From Myxococcales bacterium (lineage in GTDB: Bacteria; Myxococcota_A; UBA9042): a stretch of 64,000 bases of DNA. This document shows positions 47,304-56,200 of this stretch, piece by piece; the first letter of the stretch is position 1; the number at the start of each line of letters is the position of its first letter. The position numbers and the translations under genes are program-made. Below the pieces are notes generated by a model. That model had not been told where the DNA came from. It saw only the letters and a program-made list of their open reading frames with translations, and did no database searches. Location: NCBI GenBank assembly GCA_037441385.1, contig JBBISH010000013.1:19296-83295 (forward strand). The letters run 5' to 3'.

Positions 47304-48086
47304 CTACTTGAACGTCTCGGCCAACAGCGCGCGCATCGCCTGCCACGAGCGGTGGTCGGCCTTCTCTTGATACGCCGCGCCCTTGCTGGGGTCGTTGCCC
47401 GCGCCCGGCACCGCAAAGGCATGCACCGCGCCGCCGTAGGCAATCAGTTGCCAGTCGACTTTGGCGTCGCGCATCTCGGCCTGGAAGGCAGCCACGTGCG
47501 CTGGCGGCACGAACGGGTCGTCGGCGCCGTGCAGGGCCAAGACCTTGCCCACGATCGCCTTGGCATCGGCAGGGTTGGGCGTGTCCAGGCCGCCGTGGAA
47601 GCTGACGGTGGCGTGGACCGGCGCGCCGCTGCGGGCCAGCTCCAGCACGGTGGTGCCGCCAAAACAGTAGCCGATCGCGGCGACGTGGCTGGCATCGGCC
47701 TCGGGCTGCGCGAGCAGAGTGTCCAAAGCCAGGCGGGCCCGCTGTCGCAGCAACGCACGGTCGTTCTTGAGCGCACCGGCGGCGGCCATCGCCTCTTTGG
47801 CGTCCTTGGGGCGAGTGTCCTTGCCGTAGACGTCGGCCGACATGGCGACATAGCCCAGCTTGGCCAATTCCTCGGCGCGGCCGCGGCTAAAGGCGCTGGG
47901 GCCCATCCAGTCGTGGACAACCAGTACGGCTGGCCGCTTGCCGCGCACGGCGTCGTCGAAGTGGACCGTGGCCTCCATGGCGACAGCGCCCAGTTTGTAG
48001 GTCACAGTCCGCGATTGAAGGGCCGCGTGGGCCGGTTGCGCAACGGCGGCCAGGGCCACGGTCGCGAGCAAGGACAAAAGGCGCAT
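47304..48086 (-). CDS. Dienelactone hydrolase family protein, exported
   Basis: Signal peptide; VVHDWMG, GYCFGG, HGADDP, GAVHAF. Confidence 0.92.
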   Translation of the reverse strand: MRLLSLLATVALAAVAQPAHAALQSRTVTYKLGAVAMEATVHFDDAVRGKRPAVLVVHDWMGPSAFSRGRAEELAKLGYVAMSADVYGKDTRPKDAKEAMAAAGALKNDRALLRQRARLALDTLLAQPEADASHVAAIGYCFGGTTVLELARSGAPVHATVSFHGGLDTPNPADAKAIVGKVLALHGADDPFVPPAHVAAFQAEMRDAKVDWQLIAYGGAVHAFAVPGAGNDPSKGAAYQEKADHRSWQAMRALLAETFK

Positions 48087-48202
48087 GGAACTCCTGGTGG
48101 CCGCGACTGGGCGGACTGGGGCATCGAGCCGGACCGCGCAGCGGGCGTCAAGGCCACAGCCCACAATAGGCGATTCTGCATAGCGTTGAGCAAGCGCCAA
48201 CG

Positions 48203-48231
48203 TTGACCGGCGTGACTGCGGGCGCTAGCCT
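48203..48231 (+). promoter_or_regulatory. Putative sigma70-type promoter
   Basis: TTGACC-N17-TAGCCT upstream of the CHAT gene; same hexamers at 59491-59519. Confidence 0.5.
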
Positions 48232-48251
48232 GCCCCCTCCGGCCAAGGTAG

Positions 48252-51200
48252 ATGGCGCGCTCCAGGGCGGGCGCATGGGGGACCATGGTGCGCGCAAACA
48301 GACAATGCGGTGGTCAAAGGCGGCTGGTACGGTGGGTGGCGCTGGCCCTGCTGGTCGTGCTGGCCGCGGGCGCGGCGCCAACGCAAGCGGAGGTGGACCC
48401 GATCGCCCAAAGCTACCAGGCGGCGGACAACCTGCTGAAAGCCGGCAAGTTGGCCGAAGCCGAGGCCGAGTGTGGACGCGCGCTGGCTCTGGCCGAGGCC
48501 GCGGTGGGGCGCGACGACCCGCGCCTGGTGCGGACCCTGCACCTCTACGCCGAGATCGCCAAAAAGGCCAATCGCTTGAGCGACGCCGAGCAGCGGCTGA
48601 TACGGGCACTGCAGCTGGCCGAGCGCGACCCGCTGCGGCGGCAGGTGGCGCGCACCGGCTACAAGCTGATGATGGTGCAGCTGGAGCAGCTCCACTACGA
48701 CGACGCGTGGCAAACGGGCAAGGCGGCCCTGGAGCAGGCGGACGCCGATCACGACGACTTGACGGGCGCATTACTGCTACTTCGCCTGACCCAAGTCATC
48801 GCCAAGCGGGGCACCGAAGCCGGTCAGGCCCTTCCCTACTTCGAACGGCTGCTGGCCTGGCTCGACCGCCAGGGGAACCCGCAAATGGTGGCCATGCGCG
48901 AGTCGGCGCGCCTGATCCTGGTGAAATTGCTGGTGGTGATGGGTCGGCTGGCCGACGCCGAGGCGCAACTGGACCGGGTGAGCCAGGCACTGGCGGCCAA
49001 AGGTGACCCGAGGGCCCTGGCCGAGACCAGCCCGGACGCTGCGGACTTGCTGGCGGATCTGGGCGACACCCGCGCTACGCTGCAGCTGGCCCGCGGCGAC
49101 AGTGCGGCGGCGCTGCAGACGGCTGAGGATGCGCTGCACTTGCTGGACAAGTGGCCGCAGCTGCGCGAGCGGCGGGCCGCGGTGGTGGCTACCCTAGCTG
49201 GGATCCATTTGGCGCGCGGAAACGCGGACGCCGGGCTGCAGGCGGCTGAGGCTGCGGTGGCACTCTTGGACGGGCCAGGCCAAAGTCGTGACCTGCTGGC
49301 GGCGCTGCGGGTGCTGGCGCGGGCGCAAGCCATGAACGGCAAGGCGGCGGCGGCACTGGAGACCCAAGAGCGGGAGTTGGCGCTGCAGCGCAGCTTGCAC
49401 AGGCCAGGCGACCTGGCCACCTTGCAGGCAGAGGTCAGGATGGCGCAAATGCTGTTGGTCGCCGGCCATTTTGAGCGCGCACTGACCCTGCTGCGCCGGA
49501 CCCTGGACCGACTGGCCAGCGTGCCGGGCGAGCAGGACTTGACCACCGCAAGCGCCAAGTCATTGCTGGCGACGGCCCTGGAAACGCGGAGAGGCGCCGA
49601 GGAGGAAGCACTGGAGGCCACCGACCTGGCCCAAGCCCTGCTGCGAAGGTACGGCGGCAAGGACAACAGCGACCTGACGGCCGGGCACCACCGCCGCAGT
49701 CGGTTGCTGTGGCGGCTGGGGCGATCGGGCGAGGCCGTCGCGGCGGCGCGCGAGGCCGACCGGCTGCGCGAGCTGGTCCTGGGGGCTGGCCTGGGAGCCG
49801 GATCCGAGCGCGAGCGGCGACAGCTGGTGGCTGGGCTGCAGCCGGCGACGGACTGGGCGGTCCACCTGGCGCTCCATGCCACGCAAGCCAGCGACGAGGC
49901 TGCAGTTCTGGCGGCCGAAGATGTGCTGCGCCGCCGCGGTCGGCAGGTGGACGCGCTTGCGGGTACGCTGCGGGGCCTGCGGCAGTCGCTGGCGCCCGAG
50001 CACGCCAAGCTGCTGGACGACCTGCAGCAAGCCCGTCAGATCCTGGCGGCGACCATCGGGGCCCCCGAACAGCCCGGCGACCGCGAGCGTTTCGTTCGCC
50101 TGAAGGCCGCACAAAGCCGGGTCAGCGAGCTGGAGGACCGCGCCAGCCGGGCCCTGCTGTCCTTGCGCGGCGAGCTGAAGCCCGTGACCCTGGCACAGAT
50201 CCAGGCGGCGATTCCGACCGGGGCGTTGCTGCTGGAGTTCTGGGTGCATCAGCCGCTGGTGGGCGAGTGGTGGGCGCCCAACGCCGCGTCGAAGACCGAG
50301 GAGCATCTGGTGGTGCTGCTGCTGGCGGCGGATCGACCGCCGCGCTGGCTGGATCTGGGCGAGTTGGCGCAGGTGCGTGCGATGACCCAGAAGTGGACCG
50401 CGAGCCTGCGCAACCCGGCCGCGGCCGATGTGCACGAGCGCGGCGACGCGGTGACCCAGGCGCTGCTGGGGCCGCTGAAGCAAGACCTGGAGGGCCGGAC
50501 GGCGCTGCTGGTGGTCCCCGATGGGCCCTTGCATCAGTTGCCGCTGGGGGCACTGCCCCTGGACACGCTGAAGGGGAGGCGCGACTCGCAAGGCCGCCGG
50601 GAGTTTGCCTTGCAGAAGTGGGAGATTTCGCTGCTGTCGACCGGCCGCGACCTGCTGCGCTGGGCGGAACCGGCGGCGCCCCGCCACGCCGCGTTGGTGC
50701 TGGCCGACCCTGCCTTTGGCGCCCCGTCAGGGGAGCAGGCCTGGAATGCCCTCCCGGGTGCGCGCGCCGAAGGGGCGGCGGTAGTCAAGCTGCTGGGCAA
50801 GCAGGCCGAGTTGATGGTGGGTGACGCTGCGACCCGTGCGGCCCTGACCGCGCGGGCCGCGCCGCGGGTGGTGCACCTGGCCACGCACGGCTGGTTCGAC
50901 GCGGTCCGGGCAGCAACCAAGAACCCGCTCGCGGGCGTGGGGCTGGCCCTGGCGGGCGCCAACGCGGGGACCGATGGCCGCTTGACCGGCTTGGACCTGG
51001 CGAGCCTGGACCTGCACGGCACCGAGTTGGTGACGCTTTCGGCCTGCGAAACGGGTTTGGGCGTCAGCCTGAACGGCGACGGCGTCTACGGGCTGCAGCG
51101 GGCGCTGGTGCTGGCCGGGGCTCGCAGCGTGGTGATGAGTCTGTGGAAAGTCGACGACGACGCCACCGCCAAGCTGATGGTGGGGATGTACAGCGAGCTC

Positions 51201-51434
51201 CGCAAAGGGGTGCCGCGGGGGCAGGCGCTGCGGCGCGGACAGCTGGCGGTGCTGGCAGCCCTGCAGGACCAAGACGCCAAGGCCAAAGCGCAGGCGACCG
51301 GGAGCCGAGGCAGTCGCGGCGCCGAAGCAGTGGGTGCAGAGCCGACTTCGGGCACCGCGGCTGCGGATCACCCCTACTTTTGGGGGGCCTTTGTCCTGGC
51401 CGGGCAGAGCGGTGCGCTGACCGCTCCCCAGTAG
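48252..51434 (+). CDS. TPR-repeat + CHAT (caspase-like) domain protein with signal peptide
   Basis: LLVVPDGPLHQLP, VVHLATHG, LVTLSACETG, VVMSLWKVDD, HPYFWGAFVL; TPR-like N-terminal half. Confidence 0.92.
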   Translation: MARSRAGAWGTMVRANRQCGGQRRLVRWVALALLVVLAAGAAPTQAEVDPIAQSYQAADNLLKAGKLAEAEAECGRALALAEAAVGRDDPRLVRTLHLYAEIAKKANRLSDAEQRLIRALQLAERDPLRRQVARTGYKLMMVQLEQLHYDDAWQTGKAALEQADADHDDLTGALLLLRLTQVIAKRGTEAGQALPYFERLLAWLDRQGNPQMVAMRESARLILVKLLVVMGRLADAEAQLDRVSQALAAKGDPRALAETSPDAADLLADLGDTRATLQLARGDSAAALQTAEDALHLLDKWPQLRERRAAVVATLAGIHLARGNADAGLQAAEAAVALLDGPGQSRDLLAALRVLARAQAMNGKAAAALETQERELALQRSLHRPGDLATLQAEVRMAQMLLVAGHFERALTLLRRTLDRLASVPGEQDLTTASAKSLLATALETRRGAEEEALEATDLAQALLRRYGGKDNSDLTAGHHRRSRLLWRLGRSGEAVAAAREADRLRELVLGAGLGAGSERERRQLVAGLQPATDWAVHLALHATQASDEAAVLAAEDVLRRRGRQVDALAGTLRGLRQSLAPEHAKLLDDLQQARQILAATIGAPEQPGDRERFVRLKAAQSRVSELEDRASRALLSLRGELKPVTLAQIQAAIPTGALLLEFWVHQPLVGEWWAPNAASKTEEHLVVLLLAADRPPRWLDLGELAQVRAMTQKWTASLRNPAAADVHERGDAVTQALLGPLKQDLEGRTALLVVPDGPLHQLPLGALPLDTLKGRRDSQGRREFALQKWEISLLSTGRDLLRWAEPAAPRHAALVLADPAFGAPSGEQAWNALPGARAEGAAVVKLLGKQAELMVGDAATRAALTARAAPRVVHLATHGWFDAVRAATKNPLAGVGLALAGANAGTDGRLTGLDLASLDLHGTELVTLSACETGLGVSLNGDGVYGLQRALVLAGARSVVMSLWKVDDDATAKLMVGMYSELRKGVPRGQALRRGQLAVLAALQDQDAKAKAQATGSRGSRGAEAVGAEPTSGTAAADHPYFWGAFVLAGQSGALTAPQ

Positions 51435-52030
51435 GTTCCGTTTGGCCAGTGCGAAGCACACGCTGCCGTCCTCAGCGGGCGGGCGGTTCCTGACCGGCGC
51501 GGGCGGACCCGTGACGTGGCCAGGCGCACCGGCGTGATCCGAGGAGAGGGCAGATAAGGCCCCATCAAGCCGACACCTTGTGAGCCGTGCCTGCGCGACC
51601 GGCTGGCGTCGTGCTAGAGCACCGATCAACAACCCGAATCCCCGCTCCAACGTCGCGGCGGGTCGCGCGAGCGCCCGCTTGCTACCCACCAAGCATCCAC
51701 GGTTTTTCGACCGCGAGTCACTTCGTTGCTCCGGATCAGGGAGGTTTCGGATTGGTGTTCTAGGCGGGCAGCGCTGGTCCAGGCCGATTCCCTGGCCGGA
51801 TCGATCGACGACCCTCGAGATTCCTATGCTGCGGCGGGTCCAGGGTAGGCGAGCGGTGCTGCGTCGGCAAGGGTGGGCCGCTTCCTGACCAGCCAAACGG
51901 GTGCGCCACGGAAAGGCCAGCCCAACCAAGACTTTGCCTGCCACGCCTGCCCGCGGCCCCCGCTGGATGCTAGGATGGGCCGAGCCCGCCGAGCTGCCGT
52001 CCGGGCGACTATCCAGCCCGCGAGGTCCCG

Positions 52031-52558
52031 ATGTTGCGCTCCGTGCTTGTCCTGTGGCTCCTCTTCATCGCCAGCCTGGCCTGGGCCGAGGACACCCGCT
52101 TCAGCACGCTACTGGCCAGCAAGTTCCAGTCCATGGCCTGCACCAACTGCCACGACTTCTTTGAAAAAAGCCGCAAGGGCCGCGCTTTTGGCACCCACAA
52201 GGGCCGCACGCCGGCCGAGTGCACTGACTGCCACGACTCGAGCACCACCGGCTTCAAGGACGAGGACGAGTGGTTCGCCCGCAGCGGGCTGTTCACCTCG
52301 GGGATGAGCAGCCAAAAGACCTGCCAGGCCGTGATGGCGGCGCAACAGGCCCAGTTCAAAAGCAAGTCGCTGCTGGCGCGCCAGCTGGAGAAGCACCTGC
52401 TGGAGGACCCGCGCGTGCAGTGGGCCATCGAAGGCGCGACCCCGCAAAGTGGCCAGCTGCCCGAGGGCAAGCGCGCCACCGGCCTGGTGCCGGGCGGAGT
52501 GGCCGAGTGGAAGGCCCACGTGCTGGCGTGGATCAAGGGCGGCATGACCTGTGATTGA
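52031..52558 (+). CDS. Periplasmic diheme cytochrome c
   Basis: Signal peptide (AWA); CTNCH and CTDCH; GAGG RBS. Confidence 0.8.
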   Translation: MLRSVLVLWLLFIASLAWAEDTRFSTLLASKFQSMACTNCHDFFEKSRKGRAFGTHKGRTPAECTDCHDSSTTGFKDEDEWFARSGLFTSGMSSQKTCQAVMAAQQAQFKSKSLLARQLEKHLLEDPRVQWAIEGATPQSGQLPEGKRATGLVPGGVAEWKAHVLAWIKGGMTCD

Positions 52559-52687
52559 GGCGGGGGGAGCGTACATCGCCGCACGGAAACACGGCCGGGC
52601 TGGGGGCCAGGAAGGCCGACCGTGGCTTCGCCGAAGCCAGCGGCTCAGCGAATCCCTAGACGGATTGAGCCTCTCGGAGCCATCGCC

Positions 52688-53407
52688 ATGACCCCACCGC
52701 CCGTCGCGACCGCCACGACCCTGACCTTCTGCCTGGTGGTCCTGGCTGTCGCGGCCGCTTGGCCGCTGCTGTTTTGGCGGGCCCTCGGCGCCAAGGCCGC
52801 CCGCACCGCCGCCCTGGCCCTGGCCCTGTGGCTGGCCGCATGCTGGGGCCTGGGCGTCTACCGCGTCCTGCTCCCGGTGGGCGAGCAGATGCCGCCAGCT
52901 TTTGCCAAGGTGCTGGTGCCCACCGCGCTGACCGTGCTGGCCCTGGGGCTATCGCCGCTCGGAGGTCGGCTGGCGCAAGGGCTGCCGCTGGCCTGGCTGC
53001 TGCTGCTGCAAAGCTTTCGTCTGCCGCTGGAGCTGGTCATGGCGCAGCTGGCGGCCGAGGGGGCCCTGCCGCCGCAGATGACCATGCACGGCTGGAATTT
53101 CGACCTACTCTCGGGCATTTTGGGCCTGGCGCTGGGTCTGTGGGCGCTGCGGCGGCCGCTGCCGCGCTGGGTCGTCGCGGCCTACAACGCCGTGGGGTTG
53201 GCGCTGCTGGCGACGGTGGTCAGCATAGCGATTCGCTCGGCGCCGGGTCCGCTGGCCGCCTGGCCCGATCTGCCGCGCAATACGCTGGTGTTCTTTGAGC
53301 CGTATACCGCGCTGCCGCTGGTCCTGGTGATGTCCGCGCTGCTGGGGCATGTGCTACTGGGGCGGGCGTTGCTGCGCGGAGGCGGCGCGGCGCCGGCCGT
53401 TGCGTAG
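52688..53407 (+). CDS. Hypothetical integral membrane protein
   Basis: About 7 hydrophobic segments; QSFRLPLE, LPPQMT..GWNFD motif. Confidence 0.75.
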   Translation: MTPPPVATATTLTFCLVVLAVAAAWPLLFWRALGAKAARTAALALALWLAACWGLGVYRVLLPVGEQMPPAFAKVLVPTALTVLALGLSPLGGRLAQGLPLAWLLLLQSFRLPLELVMAQLAAEGALPPQMTMHGWNFDLLSGILGLALGLWALRRPLPRWVVAAYNAVGLALLATVVSIAIRSAPGPLAAWPDLPRNTLVFFEPYTALPLVLVMSALLGHVLLGRALLRGGGAAPAVA

Positions 53408-53581
53408 CGGGCCAAGGGCCGACGGGAAGGCAGGCAGCTGGCCGAGCAGCGACTGGCGACTGGCCATGGCTTTTCCGCTACACCCCCCAGTTCGGGCCGC
53501 TTGAATTGCGGCGCGCGCTCGGACCGATTTGGGCGGATTCGGCAGGCCCTATCCAAGCGCAGCCCGGTTCAGCAGCCCCGT

Positions 53582-54355
53582 TCAGCGGCCCCGTCGCCGC
53601 GCCGTGCGCCAGGCCGCCCACCCCAGCAGTGTCAGCGCCCCAATGGGCAGTGCGGCAAACACCGCTGTTCCCACTTGCACTTGCAGCGTCGACCCCGCCG
53701 CCTGGGCGCGAGCCCAGACCACCCCCAGCCCAACTGGCACCCCCACGAGCGCCGCCCCGTGCAGCCAGCGCTGGCCCGGCGGCAGCCCGCCCGAGCTCAT
53801 CGAGGCATCGTCGGCGACCGCTGGGGTCGGCCTGGCCCGTCGCAGCCACCAGACCAGCACCGCCAGCCCGGCGAGTGTGCTGCCGTGCTGGGCCACCCTG
53901 AAGACCGGCAGCGCGTAACCGCCGACGTGGCCGAGCTCGGTCTGCAGCAGCGGCCAGGCCCGCACCGCCGCGCCGTGGCCGTGGGTAAAGGCGTCCCAAA
54001 CCAGGTGCGTCGCCGCCCCGAGCAGCAGCGCCAAGGTCACCACAGTGGCCGAGGTTGCCGGCAGGCGCCCATTGGGATGGAACAGAGGCCGCAGCCAAGG
54101 GGCGAGTTTGGGCGGAACCAAGTCCCAAAGCGGCCGCGCCAGCAGGCCATGCCAAAGGCCGTAGCCCAGCCAACCGGCCGGTACGGCAAACCACAGGAGC
54201 GCCCATGGGGTGTGGCTGTCGATGGGCACCCCCGGCCAAAAGTAGGCAAAGTCCGGCGCCATGCTGCCCACGGCCAAGGCCGACCCGACCGCATGTCGAC
54301 CCAAGGCGCGCCGCAGCGGCAGGATCGCGGCGGGGTGGGCGAGGGTCAGGGGCAT
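53582..54355 (-). CDS. DUF4184-family membrane protein
   Basis: MPLTLAHPAAILPL, GSMAPDFAYF, THLVWDAFTH, QHGST. Confidence 0.85.
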   Translation of the reverse strand: MPLTLAHPAAILPLRRALGRHAVGSALAVGSMAPDFAYFWPGVPIDSHTPWALLWFAVPAGWLGYGLWHGLLARPLWDLVPPKLAPWLRPLFHPNGRLPATSATVVTLALLLGAATHLVWDAFTHGHGAAVRAWPLLQTELGHVGGYALPVFRVAQHGSTLAGLAVLVWWLRRARPTPAVADDASMSSGGLPPGQRWLHGAALVGVPVGLGVVWARAQAAGSTLQVQVGTAVFAALPIGALTLLGWAAWRTARRRGR

Positions 54356-54624
54356 GGGCGGTGTCGTCCTGGCCGTTGGCTCCAGCGGGGGGCGGCTGCA
54401 AGGTCCTTGAAGACTGCGCTTGGGGTGGTGGGCCGTCAAGCGCAATCGCCAGCAGGAAGAAGCTCGCTGGCTTCAGTCCGTAGAAAGGCTTGCACGACGT
54501 GGTCGCCGATCCTGCCACAAGTTGAGGTCGCATCAGGCATTTTTGTCGGGACGGCTGTGTGCCGGAACGCCCGAATCGGTCGAGTTCGAGTTCCCATCTG
54601 AGAACTCGCCACGGCGACCGGCGC

Positions 54625-55284
54625 CTACCCCTCCAGCTGCCCGCGCACCTGAGCGATCCACTGCTCCAGCGCCGCCTTGTGGGCCTCGGCGCGGCTCAGC
54701 AGCTCGGCCACCTCGTCCTCGTCCATACCGGCGATGTCGGCGTCCAGCTTGGCGATGGCGGTGTGAACGCGCGACAGGCTTTTGACCGGCTCGGGCAGTT
54801 TCGGCCGACCCATCGGCTTGGCCCCCTCGGGCCGCGGCGGCTGCAGGGCGGCGATGGCGGACTCCAGCTGCGCCACGGTCTGGCCCTCGGCCACGGCGCG
54901 CTCGGCCAGCTGGGTGCGCTGCGCTTCGTCCTTGACGTGCACCAGCCGGCGATGCTGCGACACCGTGAGGATCGGGGCCGCGTTGGGGAACAGGGCGAAA
55001 TTGCGCTCGATGGCCAGCGAGTACCACAGCGCGGTCTTGCCCACGTGCAGGTCCGGGCTGGCCAGCAGGGCCTGGAACGAGGCGTGCTGCTCGCCCTCGG
55101 CCAAAAAGCGCCGCGGGTCCGAGTGGAACATCCGCCGCAGCACCGCCTCGGCCACCTGGCGGCCGGTCTGCAGGGCGCCAGACTCCAAGGCGGCGTTGAC
55201 CTCGGCCAGGGTTTCGGCGACCAGGCCTTCGTCGGCGGCGCTTTGGCCGGGCAGCGGGAGTTTCAGGGTGATTTGCTGGCTCAT
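54625..55284 (-). CDS. Hypothetical HTH-like protein (paralog of 45674-46366)
   Basis: LTVSQHRRLVHV...RAVAEGQTVAQL...GRPKLP; GGAG RBS. Confidence 0.7.
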   Translation of the reverse strand: MSQQITLKLPLPGQSAADEGLVAETLAEVNAALESGALQTGRQVAEAVLRRMFHSDPRRFLAEGEQHASFQALLASPDLHVGKTALWYSLAIERNFALFPNAAPILTVSQHRRLVHVKDEAQRTQLAERAVAEGQTVAQLESAIAALQPPRPEGAKPMGRPKLPEPVKSLSRVHTAIAKLDADIAGMDEDEVAELLSRAEAHKAALEQWIAQVRGQLEG

Positions 55285-55315
55285 GGGTTTACGGCTCCGG
55301 AAGGGGTTTTGGCTC

Positions 55316-55345
55316 GTTGTAGGGGGTTGAGGTTGGCGGTGTCAA
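55316..55345 (-). promoter_or_regulatory. Putative sigma70-type promoter
   Basis: TTGACA-N18-TACAAC on the minus strand; similar TTGCCA-N17-CACAAC precedes the paralog at 45608. Confidence 0.5.
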
Positions 55346-55419
55346 GGGGCGGCCCGATCAGCGACGCTTGCGCCGACCGGGCCTGACCGCTAGGCTTTGT
55401 ACGAAAGGGGGATCGCGCT

Positions 55420-55665
55420 GTGCCTGATCTGCTTCGTGTCGACGGCTGGCGCTTTTTCTTCTACTCGAACGAGGGCGACCCGCGCGAACCGCCCCATGTG
55501 CACGTGCGAAGCGGCGGTCGCGAGGCCAAATTCTGGCTGGAGCCCGAGGTTGTCTTGGCCTATTCGGACGCGATGGATGCCCGCAGTCTCCGAGCCGTGG
55601 AGCAGGTGGTCCAGGAGCATCAGCGGGATTTTATCAGGAGTTGGCATGAATACTTCGCCCACTAA
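55420..55665 (+). CDS. DUF4160-family protein (HicA-like putative toxin)
   Basis: GWRFFFYSNEGDPREPPHVHV...EAKFWL...WHEYF. Confidence 0.88.
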   Translation: MPDLLRVDGWRFFFYSNEGDPREPPHVHVRSGGREAKFWLEPEVVLAYSDAMDARSLRAVEQVVQEHQRDFIRSWHEYFAH

Positions 55666-55894
55666 TGTGCGGTTTGACGCGGACTCGATGTGGGTCGAAC
55701 TGAGCGACGGCCGCTCGCTGGGAGTGCCTTTGGTTTGGTTCCCACGGTTGCTGCACGCCTCGGCGGCTCAGCGCGCTGCCGTCGAACTGAGTCCGCGAGG
55801 GCTGCACTGGCCCGATCTTGACGAGGATATCTCGATCGCGGGCCTGCTGGCCGGTCGTGGCGACCAAACGAGGCCAGCCGTTCTGGCGGCGTGA
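55646..55894 (+). CDS. DUF2442-family protein (putative antitoxin)
   Basis: VELSDGRSLGVPLVWFPRL, GLHWPDLDEDISIAGLL; AGGAG RBS; overlaps the DUF4160 gene. Confidence 0.88.
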   Translation: MNTSPTNVRFDADSMWVELSDGRSLGVPLVWFPRLLHASAAQRAAVELSPRGLHWPDLDEDISIAGLLAGRGDQTRPAVLAA

Positions 55895-55911
55895 CAGCGG
55901 CAGATTCTAGC

Positions 55912-56152
55912 CCCCGCGTCAGCGATGCTGGCCCCGCAGGGGTGGCGCGCCGAACAGGCGGCGCCACCGCCGGGAGCAGGGACCTGGGATTGTGTGGGAC
56001 TTTTCTTCGACCGGCGGCCGCAGCGCGACGGCCCGGCGGCGGGGCTGGCGGAGCAACCGGGGAGTGACTTCGCCGGGCCGGGACGCCCAAAAGCCTTAAG
56101 GAACGCCCAGTAGAAAATGCCCCCCAAGCGGTAGCCAGGCCCGGCGCCCCCA
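55912..56152 (+). repeat. ~240-bp structured intergenic repeat, copy A
   Basis: Highly similar to 60300-60539; several GC-rich stems. Confidence 0.8.
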
Positions 56153-56200
56153 AGATGGTGACCTCGACGAGCGGCCGCCGCCGCGCTACCCTGCCGCCCC

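Noticed and set aside
51435..52030. Intergenic stretch with short ORFs (also 23194-23376 and 54356-54624)
   Set aside because: No recognisable protein or RNA motif in the frames I examined; possibly decayed sequence.
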